From an uncultured Candidatus Rokubacteria bacterium (lineage in GTDB: Bacteria; Methylomirabilota; Methylomirabilia; Rokubacteriales; CSP1-6), in assembly GCA_963758635.1 (NCBI GenBank), contig CAVWWD010000008.1:544001-608000 (forward strand): a stretch of 64,000 nucleotides of DNA, written 5' to 3'. The translations under genes and the position numbers were made by a program. Each line of letters begins with the position of its first letter. Position 1 is the stretch's first letter. Positions 31,894 to 42,768 of this stretch are shown piece by piece. The notes beneath the pieces are model-generated. The model saw only the letters and a program-made list of their open reading frames with translations, made no database searches and was not told where the DNA came from.

Positions 31894-33499
31894 ATGAGAC
31901 ATCGCCGCGGCACGTTCTTCGCCATCGTCATCGCGCTCGCCGTCGTCGTCCTCGCCAGTACCCCGGCGGACGCCCAGCAGGACAAGCCGCGGTACGGCGG
32001 CGAGCTCATCTTCGTCGTGCCGTCGGAGCCGCCGTCCTACGACGCCCACCAGGAAGAGACGTTCGGGGTCATGCACCCGATGGCCGGTCACTACAGCACG
32101 CTCCTGCGCGTCGATCCGTCCGACCGGACGGGTACGAAGCCGGTGGGAGACGCGGCCGAGTCCTGGACCATCTCCAAGGACGGCATGACCTACACCTTCA
32201 AGCTCCGCAAGGGCGTCAAGTTCCACGACGGCTCGGAGATGACCTCGCGGGACGTGAAGGCCTCGTACGACAAGATCATCTTCCCGCCGTCGGGCGTGAA
32301 GTCGTCCCGCAAGGCCTCCTACCAGGCGGTGGAGGCGGTGGAGGCGCCGGATCCGTCCACGGTCCGGTTCCGGCTGAAGTGGAACGAGTCGTCCATGCTC
32401 CTCAACCTGGCGTCGCCGTGGAACTGGATCTACAAGGCCGAGCTCCTGGCCAAGGACACCCGCTGGTACGAGAAGCACGTGATGGGCACCGGCCCGTTCA
32501 AGTTCGTCGAGCACGTGAAGGGCTCGCACTGGGTCGGCAAGAAGAACCCGGACTACTGGGACAAGGGCAAGCCGTACCTCGACGGCTACCGCGCGCTCTT
32601 CGTCAGCTCGTCGTCCGCGCAGGTCGCGGCCGTTCGCGCCGAGCGCGCCCACATCCAGTTCCGGGGATTCAGCCCCGCGGAACGGGACACCCTGGTGAAC
32701 GCTCTCGGCCCCAAGATCACGGTCCAGGAGAGCCCGTGGGACTGCGTCCTCATGGTGGCGATGAACCACGAGAAGAAGCCCTTCGACGACAAGCGCGTCC
32801 GCCGGGCCCTCAGCCTCGCGCTCGACCGGTACGAGGGATCGAAGGCGCTCTCGAAGATCGCGGTGGTCAAGGACGTGGCCGGCGTCCAGGTGCCCGGCAC
32901 CCCGTACGCCACCCCGCCCGCCGAGCTGGAGAAGCTCGCGGGGTACGGGCGTGACATCAACGCGAACCGCGCCGAGGCGAAGAAGCTGCTGCGCGAGGCG
33001 GGCGTGCCCGACGGCTTCTCGTTCACATTCAAGAACCGAGGCATCCCGATGCCGTACGAGCCGGTGGGCATCTGGCTCATCGACCAGTGGCGTCACGTCG
33101 GGCTCAACGTGAAGCAGGAGGTCGTGGAGGCCTCGGCGTACCATCCGATGCTCAAGCGCGCGGACTTCGACGTGGCCATGGACTTCGCGTGCGGCTTCGT
33201 CGTCGAGCCGGACCTCGACCTGTTCCGCTTCGTGTCCACCTCGGACGCCAACTACGGCCGTCACAAGGACCTCGGTCATCGACGAGCTGTTCCAGAAGCA
33301 GGGGCGGTCGGGGGACGTGGAAGAGCGCAAGAAGCTCGTGCGCGCCTTCGAGAAGCGGCTGATCGACGAGGAGGTGCACGTCTTCTACACGCTGCAGTGG
33401 CATCGCATCATCCCGCACAGCTCGAAGGTGAAGGGCTGGACGGTCACGCCCAGCCACTACCTCAACAACCAGCTCGACACGGTCTGGCTGGCCGAATAG
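31894..33499 (+). CDS. ABC substrate-binding protein, family 5 (copy 2; frameshift near 33270)
   Basis: Close paralogue of the preceding gene; same C-terminus QLDTVWLAE. Confidence 0.92.
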
Positions 33500-33530
33500 C
33501 GGCGCGGCCGCGACGGGGGGCGACGGGGCC

Positions 33531-34484
33531 ATGTGGAAATACCTGGTGAAGCGGTTCCTCCTCATGTTCCCCACGCTCCTCGGCGTGGCCGTGATGATCT
33601 TCTTCCTCATGCGCGTGGTGCCGGGCGACGTGGTCGAGCTCCGCATGAGCGGCGACAGCGGCGTGGTCTCCAAGGAGGTGCTGGAGAAGGAGCGCGTCCG
33701 GTTCGGCCTGGACCGGCCGCTCTGGGAGCAGTTCGTCACGTGGCTGTGGGGGGCGGCGCGGCTCGACTTCGGCAAGTCCATGTGGACGGGCGCGCCGATC
33801 TGGGAGGAGATCAAGCTGCGGTTCGCGCTGTCCTTTCAGGTGGCGGTCATGGCCACCATCGTGGCGGTGATCATCGCGATTCCCCTCGGCGTGATCGCCG
33901 CCCTCAAGCAGGATTCGTGGGTCGACTACGCGGTGCGCATCTTCTCCATCGCCGGCCTCGCCACGCCTTCGTTCTGGCTCGGGATCGTGTTCATCCTCTG
34001 TCTGCTCATCGTCTTCAAGTGGCTGCCCCCGATGGTGTACACGCCGTTCTGGGTGAACCCCTGGCAGAACATGCTGCAGCTCATCTGGCCCGCCGTCGCC
34101 GTGGGATACCGGTACTCGGCGGTGGCCACCCGGATGACCCGGTCCGCCATGCTCGAGGTGCTGCGCGAGGACTACATCCGCACCGCGCGCGCCAAGGGGC
34201 TCGTCGAGAAGCTCATCCTGTCCCGGCACGCGCTCAAGAACGCCATGCTGCCCGTCATGACCATCATCGGCCTCGAGTTCGCCTTCCTCCTCGGCGGGCT
34301 GGTGGTGACCGAGCAGGTGTTCAACCTGAACGGCCTCGGCCTCCTGTTCGTGCAGGCGGTGGCCCACCGGGACTACACGCTGGTGCAGGCCCTGGTGATG
34401 CTGATCGCCGGGTTCTTCATCGTGGTGAACTTCGCGATGGACGTGATCTACGCGTGGCTCGACCCGCGCATCCGGTTCCGGTGA
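33531..34484 (+). CDS. ABC transporter permease (DppB-like)
   Basis: PGD, GLDRPL, DFGKS, EDYIRTARAKG. Confidence 0.95.
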   Translation: MWKYLVKRFLLMFPTLLGVAVMIFFLMRVVPGDVVELRMSGDSGVVSKEVLEKERVRFGLDRPLWEQFVTWLWGAARLDFGKSMWTGAPIWEEIKLRFALSFQVAVMATIVAVIIAIPLGVIAALKQDSWVDYAVRIFSIAGLATPSFWLGIVFILCLLIVFKWLPPMVYTPFWVNPWQNMLQLIWPAVAVGYRYSAVATRMTRSAMLEVLREDYIRTARAKGLVEKLILSRHALKNAMLPVMTIIGLEFAFLLGGLVVTEQVFNLNGLGLLFVQAVAHRDYTLVQALVMLIAGFFIVVNFAMDVIYAWLDPRIRFR

Positions 34485-34499
34485 GAGAAGGGGACGCCC

Positions 34500-35396
34500 A
34501 TGGCCATCGATCGTGTCGCGGAACAGGTACCTGGCCTGGAAGTGGCGGCGCCGTCCCGGCCGTCGTTCGTGCGCGACTTCGTACGCAAGCGCCCCCTCGG
34601 CACGGTGGGCGCCGCGGTGGTGATCGTCATGATCCTGGTGGCGATCTTCGCCAACCTCCTGGCGCCCTACGATCCCGTGACCGTCGATTTCAGCGCGATG
34701 CTGAGCCGTCCGTCCGCGGCCCACTGGCTCGGCACCGATGCCTTCGGCCGCGACGTGCTGTCGCGCCTGATCTACGGGTCGCGCACGGCGCTGTTCGTAG
34801 GCTTCGGCGCCGCGTTCTTCGGCGCCACCATCGGCGCCGTCCTGGGGGTGGGCAGCGCGTACTTCGGGGGGCGGACGGATCTGTACCTGCAGCGGGTGAT
34901 GGACTGCGTCCTCGCCTTTCCACTCATCATCCTGGCGCTCGCCATCGTGGCCATCCTGGGCAACAAGCTGCCGAACCTGATCGTCGCCATCACCATCCCC
35001 ATGATCCCGCGCTGCGCGCTCGTCATCCGTTCCAGCGCGCTCAGCATCCGGGAGATGCCGTACGTGGACGCGGCGCGCGCCGCCGGCTTCTCGCACGGCC
35101 GCATCATCCTCCGGCACATGCTCCCCAACGTCATGGCGCCGTACCTGATTCTCCTCACCGCGTTCCTCGGCCAGGCCATCCTCCTCGAGGCGTCGCTGTC
35201 GTTCCTCGGGCTGGGCGTCCAGGAGCCGATCGCCGCGTGGGGGCTGATGCTCCGCGGCGCCGCGGTGGAGTTCGCGGAGACGGCCCCGTGGATGGCCATC
35301 TTCCCCGGGCTGGCCATCAGCCTCTCCGTCTTCGCGTTCAACCTGTTCGGCGACTCGCTGCGGGACGCGCTGGACCCGAAGCTGCGCTCGCTTTAA
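34500..35396 (+). CDS. ABC transporter permease (DppC-like)
   Basis: HWLGTDAFGRD, YVDAARAAG, GDSLRDALDP. Confidence 0.95.
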   Translation: MAIDRVAEQVPGLEVAAPSRPSFVRDFVRKRPLGTVGAAVVIVMILVAIFANLLAPYDPVTVDFSAMLSRPSAAHWLGTDAFGRDVLSRLIYGSRTALFVGFGAAFFGATIGAVLGVGSAYFGGRTDLYLQRVMDCVLAFPLIILALAIVAILGNKLPNLIVAITIPMIPRCALVIRSSALSIREMPYVDAARAAGFSHGRIILRHMLPNVMAPYLILLTAFLGQAILLEASLSFLGLGVQEPIAAWGLMLRGAAVEFAETAPWMAIFPGLAISLSVFAFNLFGDSLRDALDPKLRSL

Positions 35397-35420
35397 GGGC
35401 GCGTTCTATCGGCGGTTGGC

Positions 35421-35449
35421 TTGACAGGGATGGGGGCCGCTGGTACAAC
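35421..35449 (+). promoter_or_regulatory. Putative sigma70 promoter of ferredoxin
   Basis: TTGACA-N17-TACAAC. Confidence 0.6.
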
Positions 35450-35513
35450 TACGCTCGTTTGAGCGCGGCTGTTTCATTCGCTCTCGGGCGATCACGGTCA
35501 ACAGGAGGTCGGA

Positions 35514-35780
35514 ATGGCGTACATCATCGCTGAGCCCTGCATCAACGTGAAGGACAAGGCCTGTGTCGAGGTCTGTCCGGTGGATTGCATCTACGAAGGC
35601 CCAGAGATGCTCTACATCCACCCGGACGAGTGCATCGACTGTGGGGCGTGCGAGCCGGTGTGCCCGGTGAAGGCGATCTTCGCCGAGGACGAGACCCCGG
35701 CCAACTGGAAGAACTTCATCGAGCTGAACAAGCAGTTCTTCAAGGACAATCCCGGCGTCAAGCCGGCCACGAAGGCGTAG
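35514..35780 (+). CDS. 7Fe-type ferredoxin
   Basis: C.NVKDKACVEVCPVDC and CIDCGACEPVCP; AGGAGG RBS. Confidence 0.95.
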   Translation: MAYIIAEPCINVKDKACVEVCPVDCIYEGPEMLYIHPDECIDCGACEPVCPVKAIFAEDETPANWKNFIELNKQFFKDNPGVKPATKA

Positions 35781-35824
35781 CCCGCTCGCCCGCGCCTCGT
35801 CGCCGAGAGCGCAGAAGCTCCACC

Positions 35825-35860
35825 ACGGGGTTCCGCTCGGGACCCCGTTGCTGTTTCCGC
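35825..35860 (+). terminator. Possible intrinsic terminator
   Basis: Hairpin ACGGGGTTCC-GCTC-GGGACCCCGT followed by a weak T-rich tail. Confidence 0.45.
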
Positions 35861-36030
35861 GAGCCGCCGTGCGCGCGCCTCGCGCCACCGGGTTGCGCGG
35901 CCGCGCGGATGCTCGCGCCGGCGTCCGGTGCCCAGCGCGCGCGGCAGCGCCTCCGACGTGTTGCACAGCCGTCGGGGCAGCGCGCGGCGCGTTCCTCGCG
36001 CAAGTGCTCGAACGCGCTGGAGCGCCCGCG

Positions 36031-36045
36031 TGGCACAGCGCTTGC
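36031..36045 (+). promoter_or_regulatory. Sigma54 (-24/-12) promoter
   Basis: TGGCAC-AGCGC-TTGC, an exact TGGCAC-N5-TTGC match in an intergenic position. Confidence 0.7.
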
Positions 36046-36058
36046 CCCTCGATGCGGC

Positions 36059-36346
36059 ATGCGCGCGCCACCGCCGTCCTCGCCGCTGCCCGCGAGCCCC
36101 GGCGCCGCCGTCGGCTTTCACGGCGCCGTCACCGAGTTCAAGCGCCGGCTGATCGAGGCCACGCTCTGCCAGTGGGGCGGCAACCGGACGCGCGCGGCAC
36201 GCGCGCTCGGTCTTCAGCGCACGTACCTCCTGCGGCTGATGCGGGAGTTCGGCGTCAGCGTGCCCGCGCCGATCGGGCCCGTGGGCCGGAACGGCAACGG
36301 CCGGTCCGCGTCGCCGGCCCCGGCGGACGCCGCGAGGGGACGTTGA
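36059..36346 (+). CDS. Stand-alone Fis-type helix-turn-helix protein
   Basis: FHGAVTEFKRRLIEATL.QWGGNRTRAARALGLQRTYLLRLMREFGV. Confidence 0.8.
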   Translation: MRAPPPSSPLPASPGAAVGFHGAVTEFKRRLIEATLCQWGGNRTRAARALGLQRTYLLRLMREFGVSVPAPIGPVGRNGNGRSASPAPADAARGR

Positions 36347-36379
36347 GCCCCCACGTGGCGTTTGAAATAGAATGGACGC

Positions 36380-37507
36380 GTGGGCGACGTATGGGTGGCC
36401 GGCGTGGGTATGACGCGGTTCGGGCGGCGTGACGAAAGCCTCCCGGATCTGATCGCCGAAGCCGCGCGCGTCGCCCTCGCCGACGCCCGCTGCGAGCGCC
36501 CGGACGCCATCGTGGTGGCGGTCATGAACCCCGAGGAATTCACCGGCGCCGGCAACTACGCCTCCCTCATCGCGACGCATCTCGGCTTCTCCAGCGTGCC
36601 CGCCCTCCGCGTGGAGACGGCCACCTCCTCCGGCATGGCCGGCCTCTACTCGGGGTTCGCGTCGGTCGCCGCCGGCCTGCACCGGACGGTGCTCGTGCTG
36701 GGCGGCGAGAAGATGACGCATCTGCCCACCCCCCGGGTGGCCGAGATCATCGGCCGATCCATCGATCCCCACGAGCGCAGCTACGGGACCACCATGCCCG
36801 CCCTCGCGGGCTTGATCACGCGCGCGGCCATGCACCGTCACGGCCTCACGCTCCGGGAGATCTCGCAGGTCGCGGTGAAGAACCACGCCCACGGCGCGCG
36901 GAACCCGTACGCGCACTTCCGCGAGCCGGTGACCCTCGAGGCGGTGATGGAGAGCCGCATCGTCGCCGATCCGCTGCGGCTGTTCCATTGCTGCCCGATC
37001 TCCGACGGCGCCGCCGCGGTGGTGCTGACCGCCGAGGCCACCGCCGTGCGACTGGCCGGCATCGGGCAGGGCATGGACACGATGGCCGTTCGCTACCGGG
37101 CGGACCTCACCACGTTCCGCGCCACCCAGGCCGCGGCCCAGGTCGCGTTCAAGATGGCGGGGTTCGGGCCGGAGCGCGTGGAGGTCGCGGAGATCCACGA
37201 CGCGTTCTCGCCCTTCGAGCTGGTGTCCCTCGAGGACACCGGCCTGATGCCCGCCGGCAAGGCCGGCCGGGCCACGCTCGACGGCGAGACCACGCTCGAT
37301 GGCCGCCTCCCCGTGAACCCGTCGGGCGGCCTGAAGGCGCGCGGCCACCCGCTGGCCGCCACCGGCCTCTCCCAGATCGTCGAGCTGGTGTGGCAGCTCC
37401 GCGGCGAGGCGACGGGGCGGCAAGTGCAGGCGCGGGTCGGCCTCGCGCAGTCCATCGGCGGGCTCGCCACGAACAACTGGGTGACTCTGCTGGAGGCGGC
37501 GTCCTGA
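36380..37507 (+). CDS. SCP2-type thiolase-family protein lacking the nucleophilic Cys
   Basis: CCPISDGAAA, EIHDAF, VNPSGGLKARGHP; VETATSSG where VExACxSG is usual. Confidence 0.88.
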   Translation: MGDVWVAGVGMTRFGRRDESLPDLIAEAARVALADARCERPDAIVVAVMNPEEFTGAGNYASLIATHLGFSSVPALRVETATSSGMAGLYSGFASVAAGLHRTVLVLGGEKMTHLPTPRVAEIIGRSIDPHERSYGTTMPALAGLITRAAMHRHGLTLREISQVAVKNHAHGARNPYAHFREPVTLEAVMESRIVADPLRLFHCCPISDGAAAVVLTAEATAVRLAGIGQGMDTMAVRYRADLTTFRATQAAAQVAFKMAGFGPERVEVAEIHDAFSPFELVSLEDTGLMPAGKAGRATLDGETTLDGRLPVNPSGGLKARGHPLAATGLSQIVELVWQLRGEATGRQVQARVGLAQSIGGLATNNWVTLLEAAS

Positions 37508-37935
37508 ACGCGGACACCATCGCGGCCTCCCGCTGTCCGCGCTGCCAGCGCCTCGTCGTGCCGCCCGCCGCGCGCTGCCCCGACCACGGGGCCACGATGG
37601 AGGCGGCCGCGGTCGCCAAGGTGGGCGAGGTCGTCTCGTTCACCACGCTCTACTCGCCGCCCGAGGGGTTCCGCTCCCCGCTGCACATCGCCCTGGTGGA
37701 GCTGCCGGGAGGCGCGCGCCTCTTCTGCCACGGCGAGGACACGCGGGGAATGAAGGTGGGCTCGCGCGTGGCGGTGGAAGCGGTCGACTCCGTGTTCTAC
37801 TTCTCGCACCTCGGGTTCGCCGACCGCGCGCGCCTGTTCTGGCGCCGGGCCGGCGCGCGCGGCGAGAGGGTGACGGCGATCACCAAGAGCCTGGTCCAGG
37901 GCATATGGAAGGGGAGATCCGGTGGCGAAAGCTAG
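37504..37935 (+). CDS. DUF35 zinc-ribbon/OB-fold protein
   Basis: CPRC...PP..RCPDH, GEVVSFTT, IALVEL..G.R; start codon uncertain. Confidence 0.82.
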   Translation: MNADTIAASRCPRCQRLVVPPAARCPDHGATMEAAAVAKVGEVVSFTTLYSPPEGFRSPLHIALVELPGGARLFCHGEDTRGMKVGSRVAVEAVDSVFYFSHLGFADRARLFWRRAGARGERVTAITKSLVQGIWKGRSGGES

Positions 37936-39184
37936 GACTCGAACGAAGGCGGCGTCGTCCCGCCGGCGGCCGGCGCCGCCGGCGCGCGCGGGGCAGGGGA
38001 AGCCGCCGCTCGCCGGCATCCGGGTGATCGACCTGACCCGCGTCCTCGCCGGTCCCTTCTGCGCCATGTCGCTCGGCGACATGGGCGCGGAGGTGATCAA
38101 GGTGGAGGAGCCGGGCAAGGGCGACGACACGCGCGGCTGGCCGCCGTTCGTGGGCGGCGAGGCCACGTACTTCATGAGCGTCAACCGCAACAAGAAGAGC
38201 ATCACGCTGAACCTCAAGGCGCCGGAGGGTCAGGACATCCTGCGCCGCCTCATCAAGAGCGCCGACGTCGTCCTGGAGAACTTCCGGCCCGGCACCATGG
38301 AGCGGCTGGGCTTCGGCTACGAGGCGCTCGCCGCCCAGAACCCGCGGCTCGTGTACTGCTCGATCTCCGGCTTCGGCGAGAGCGGCCCCGAGGCCTCCCG
38401 GCCCGGCTACGACCTCATCGTGCAGGGCGAGTCAGGCGTGATGGACCTCACGGGCTTCGCCGACGGGCCGCCGGTGAAGGTGGGCAACTCCGTGGCGGAC
38501 CTCGTGTCCGGCATGGCGGCGGCGCAGGGCATCACGCTGGCCCTTCTTGCTCGCACCAGGACCGGGCGCGGCCAGAAGGTCGAGATCGGCATGCTCGACG
38601 TGATGGCGTCGCTCCTGACCTACCAGGCCGGCCTCTACTGGAACGCGGGCGGCCGGCCCGCGCGGCGAGGCAACCAGCACCCGTCCATCGCGCCCTACGA
38701 GGTCTACCAGGCCAAGGACGCGTACCTCACGATCGGCGTCGCGAACAACTCCCTCTGGGACCGATTCTGCCGGGCGATCGGCCGCGAGGACATCGTCCGC
38801 GATCCCCGCTTCGAGACCGAGGCCGCGCGCGTGCAGAACCGGGAGGCGCTCACCGCGCTCCTCGACGAGACGTTCTCGCAGCAGCCGGCCGACGAGTGGC
38901 TGGCGCGTCTCGAGAAGGCCGGGGTGCCGGCGGGTCGCATCAAGACGGTGGCCGAGGTGTGCGAGAGCCCGCACCTCCACGCTCGCGGCATGGCGGTCTC
39001 GCTCCAGCACCCGAAGGCCGGCGCGATCACGGTGATGGGCGTTCCGACCCGCCTCCATGGGACGCCCGGCGCGGCCACGGCGGCGCCGCCGCTGCTGGGT
39101 CAGCACACCGACGAGGTCCTCACGCGCCTCCTGCGCATGCCCCCGGCCCGCGTGGCGAAGCTCCGGGAGGCCGGCGTCGTGTAG
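37922..39184 (+). CDS. CaiB/BaiF family III CoA transferase
   Basis: [41 protein letters not shown]. Confidence 0.95.
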   Translation: MAKARTRTKAASSRRRPAPPARAGQGKPPLAGIRVIDLTRVLAGPFCAMSLGDMGAEVIKVEEPGKGDDTRGWPPFVGGEATYFMSVNRNKKSITLNLKAPEGQDILRRLIKSADVVLENFRPGTMERLGFGYEALAAQNPRLVYCSISGFGESGPEASRPGYDLIVQGESGVMDLTGFADGPPVKVGNSVADLVSGMAAAQGITLALLARTRTGRGQKVEIGMLDVMASLLTYQAGLYWNAGGRPARRGNQHPSIAPYEVYQAKDAYLTIGVANNSLWDRFCRAIGREDIVRDPRFETEAARVQNREALTALLDETFSQQPADEWLARLEKAGVPAGRIKTVAEVCESPHLHARGMAVSLQHPKAGAITVMGVPTRLHGTPGAATAAPPLLGQHTDEVLTRLLRMPPARVAKLREAGVV

Positions 39185-39293
39185 CCGCCGCGTCCGGCGT
39201 CCCGGGCGACCCGACCGCGGCGCGCGGGCGGGGCCGCGGGCGCCGGGCCAAAGCCTTGACACCTCCCCCGAGGCTCACGGATCATTGGAGCCC

Positions 39294-40883
39294 ATGTCGC
39301 GCGAGATCAAGCTCTACGACACCACCCTCCGGGACGGCACGCAGGGCGAAGGCGTGTCCTTCTCCATGGAGGACAAGGTCCGCATCGCCCAGCGCCTGGA
39401 CGCCCTCGGCGTCCACTACATCGAGGGCGGCTGGCCCGGATCGAACCCCAAGGACCTCCGGTTCTTCAAGCGGGTGCAGGATGCCGTGTTCAAGACGGCG
39501 AAGATCAGCGCCTTCGGCGCCACCCGCCGCCCCGGGGTCCGCCCGCCCGACGACCCGAACCTCCAGGCCCTGGTCGAGGCGGGGCCGCCGGTGGTCACCA
39601 TCTTCGGCAAGTCGTGGGACTTCCACGTGACCTCCGCGCTGGGGACGACCCTCGAGGAGAACGTGGCGATGATCTCGGACTCCGTGAGCTACCTCCTCAA
39701 GCACTTCGAGGAGGTCATCTACGACGCCGAGCACTTCTTCGACGGCTTCAAGCGGAACCCCGAGTACGCCGTGCGCACGCTCCTCGCCGCCGAGGCCGCG
39801 GGCGCGCACTGCCTGGTGCTCTGCGACACCAACGGAGGCTGCCTGCCGCACGAGATCGCCGCGATCGTCCGCGAGGTGAAGGGCCAGATCAAGGCGGACA
39901 CGCCGTTCGGCATCCACGTGCACAACGACACCGACTGCGCGGTGGCCAACACCCTGACCGCGGTGGCGGAGGGCGCCGGTCACGTCCAGGGCACGATCAA
40001 CGGCTACGGCGAGCGGTGCGGCAACGCCAACCTCGTGTCGATCATCCCGAACCTCATGCTGAAGATGGGGCTCGAGTGCATCCCGCCGGACCACCTGCAC
40101 GAACTTCGCGAGGTGTCGCGGTTCGTGTCGGAGCTGGCGAACCGGAAGCCGTGGGACGCCCAGCCCTACGTGGGCGACTCGGCGTTCGCCCACAAGGGCG
40201 GCATCCACGTGTCGGCGGTGCTGAAGCATCCCGAGACGTACGAGCACATCGACCCCATCGCCGTCGGCAACCGCCGCCGCGTGCTCGTGTCCGAGCTGGC
40301 CGGGCAGTCGAACATCCTGTGGAAGGCGCGCGAGTACGGGATCGACCTCGACAAGAACACGCCGGACGCCCGCCGCATCCTCGCGATGCTCAAGCGGCTC
40401 GAGGACGAGGGCTTCCAGTTCGAGGGCGCGGAGGCGTCGTTCGAGCTGCTGATGGAGCGCGCGCTCGGCAACCACCGGCCGTACTTCGACCTCCAGGGCT
40501 TCCGCGTCATCGTGGAGGAGCAGCAGGGGAGCGCCGAGCCGGTGGCCGAGGCCACGGTGCGCCTGCGTGTGAAGGGTATCGAGGAGCACACCGCGGCGGC
40601 GGGCAACGGCCCCGTGAACGCGCTCGACCACGCCCTCCGCAAGGCCCTCGAGGACTTCTATCCGAACATCAAGCAGATGAGCCTGCTCGACTACAAGGTG
40701 CGCATCCTCGATGAGGCCAAGGGCACGGCGGCGCGCACGCGCGTGCTCGTCACGTCGGGTGACGGCGACGAGACGTGGGGCACCGTGGGCGTGGCCGACA
40801 ACATCATCGAGGCCTCGTGGCAGGCTCTCGTCGACTCCGTGGAGTACAAGCTCCGCCGGGACGAGCGTCGAGGCCAGCGCTGA
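39294..40883 (+). CDS. cimA: Citramalate synthase
   Basis: [62 protein letters not shown]. Confidence 0.93.
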   Translation: MSREIKLYDTTLRDGTQGEGVSFSMEDKVRIAQRLDALGVHYIEGGWPGSNPKDLRFFKRVQDAVFKTAKISAFGATRRPGVRPPDDPNLQALVEAGPPVVTIFGKSWDFHVTSALGTTLEENVAMISDSVSYLLKHFEEVIYDAEHFFDGFKRNPEYAVRTLLAAEAAGAHCLVLCDTNGGCLPHEIAAIVREVKGQIKADTPFGIHVHNDTDCAVANTLTAVAEGAGHVQGTINGYGERCGNANLVSIIPNLMLKMGLECIPPDHLHELREVSRFVSELANRKPWDAQPYVGDSAFAHKGGIHVSAVLKHPETYEHIDPIAVGNRRRVLVSELAGQSNILWKAREYGIDLDKNTPDARRILAMLKRLEDEGFQFEGAEASFELLMERALGNHRPYFDLQGFRVIVEEQQGSAEPVAEATVRLRVKGIEEHTAAAGNGPVNALDHALRKALEDFYPNIKQMSLLDYKVRILDEAKGTAARTRVLVTSGDGDETWGTVGVADNIIEASWQALVDSVEYKLRRDERRGQR

Positions 40884-40898
40884 CCGTCGTCCGCCGGG

Positions 40899-40963
40899 AG
40901 CGGGTCGCCATCGCCGCCGCCGTCCGCGGGCAGCGGGTCGCCATCGCCGCCGCCGTCCGCGGG
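40899..40963. repeat. 33-bp tandem duplication (intergenic)
   Basis: agcgggtcgccatcgccgccgccgtccgcggg occurs twice in tandem. Confidence 0.85.
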
Positions 40964-41012
40964 GCGCGCGTGGCCGCCGACGCGGCCCCCGGCACGGCGT
41001 AGGAGCCGCGGC

Positions 41013-41947
41013 GTGCCCCCATCTCCGCCAAGCTCGTCGAGGACACCGCGCGCGAGCTGACCGCGCGCGCGGCCATCGACATCCCGCCCGACTACCGCGA
41101 GGGCGTGCGCCTCGCCCGGGACCGCGAGACCGGCCGCCTCGCCCGCTTCGTCCTCACCGAGATGCTCGCCAACTGGGAGATCGCCACCGCGGAGCGCCGG
41201 CCCATGTGCGCGGACACCGGCCTGCCCCGCTACTACGTGAAGCTCGGCAACGAGGCGGTGGTGGAGGGCGGCCTCGTGGCCCTCGAGCGCGCGCTGCGCC
41301 GGGCCACCGCCGAGGCCACCGCGAGCATCCCGCTCCGCCCGAACCGCGTGCATCCGCTCACGCGCGCCGACCACGACAACAACGTCGGCCTCCACGCGCC
41401 CGAGGTCACGTTCGGCGTGGAGCCGGGGGGCGACTGGATCGACGTCACCACCGTGCACAAGGGCGGCCTGTTCGGCACGGACTGGCGCATGCTCTTCCCG
41501 GGCGACGGCATCCCCGGGATCAAGCGCTTCTTCCTGGACACGCTGGTGGAGTCGGGCAAGCGCGGCCTCGCCTGCCAGCCCGCGATCGTGGGCGTGGGCA
41601 TCGGGGGAGCCAAGGACACGTGCATGCGGCTCGGCAAGGAGGCGGCGTGCCTGCGCGTGGTGGGCAGCAAGAACCCCGACCCGGTGGCCGGGGCGCTCGA
41701 GGACGAGCTCACCGCGCTCGGCAACTACATCGGCATCGGCGCGATGGGCTTCGCGGGCACGTCGATGGTCGTGGCGACCCACGTCGAGATGGCCTTCACC
41801 CACACCGGCGGGATGCCGGTGGCGATCCACCAGTTCTGCCTGTCCTCGCGGCGCGCCACCGCGCGCATCCATCCCGACGGGCGTGTCGAGCACCGCACCG
41901 ACCCGCAGTGGTTCACCGACTACTACCGGCGCGAGGGCATCGAGTAA
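41013..41947 (+). CDS. Fe-S hydro-lyase alpha subunit (class I fumarase / tartrate dehydratase family)
   Basis: PMCADTG, PLRPN.VHP, ACQP.IVGVGIGG, GIGAMG; GTG 41013 with a probable homopolymer indel just after it. Confidence 0.88.
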
Positions 41948-42091
41948 TGCCCCTCACAGAATGCGCTAACCGCGACGGGCTCCTACAGTCCCACCGCTCG
42001 GCATTCGTCTGATGCGCGAGGCTCACGAGATGCGGTGCCGCGAGGGCCTCGCGTAGTGGGCGTTCCCGTCGCGCGCCTCGACGACGTGGCC

Positions 42092-42750
42092 ATGGACGAG
42101 GTGCACCTGACCACCCCGGTGACGGATGCCGACATTCGCGCGCTCAAGCTCGGCGACGTCGTCTACCTCTCCGGCATCCTCTACACGGGCCGCGAGGGCG
42201 TGTACCGCCAGGTCGTGGACAAGGGCGTGCCGCTGCCGCCGGGGATCCGCGAGCTGACCAACGTGAACTTCCACTGCTCGCCCGCGGCGCGCGTGGGCGC
42301 CGACGGGCGCCATGCGGTGGAGGCGGTCACGGCGACGGCGAGCTTCCGCTTCGGCAAGTCCATGGCGCCGTGGTTCGAGCGCTCCGGGGCGAAGGTCATC
42401 GTGGGGAAGGCCGGCCTGACCGAGCGCGCGTACCGGGAGTGGTTCGTGCCCCACGGCGCCGTCTACCTGACCACGGTCGGCTACGGCCTCGGCGCCGCCT
42501 ACGGTCGCTCGATCCGGGGCGTGCGGGAGGTGCACTGGCTCCGCGAGCTCGGCATCGCCCAGGCCCTGTGGGTGCTCGAGGTGGAGCGCATCGGGCCGTT
42601 CCTGGTCGAGGGTGACGCGGAGGGCCGGAGCCTCTTCGCGCTCGCCAATCGCGAGATCGACGCGCGCCTGGACGAGGTGTACCGCGGCCTCCCCCCGCCC
42701 GCGCTCGGCCGCTTCGGCGAGGTCCTCTCCGCGCAAGGAAGAGGCTGGCT
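42092..42750 (+). CDS. Fe-S hydro-lyase beta subunit (3' end uncertain, frameshifted)
   Basis: LTTPV...IRALKLGDVVYLSG.LYTGRE, TASFRF, IVGKAG, GPFLV. Confidence 0.85.
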
Positions 42751-42768
42751 GCTCAGTCGAGCCGGCCG

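Noticed and set aside
40899..40963. 33-bp repeats as CRISPR or att sites
   Set aside because: Contiguous tandem duplication with no spacer
41960..42060. GCGCTAAC as the start of another attC
   Set aside because: No properly spaced complementary L/R boxes or matching GTTRRRY found
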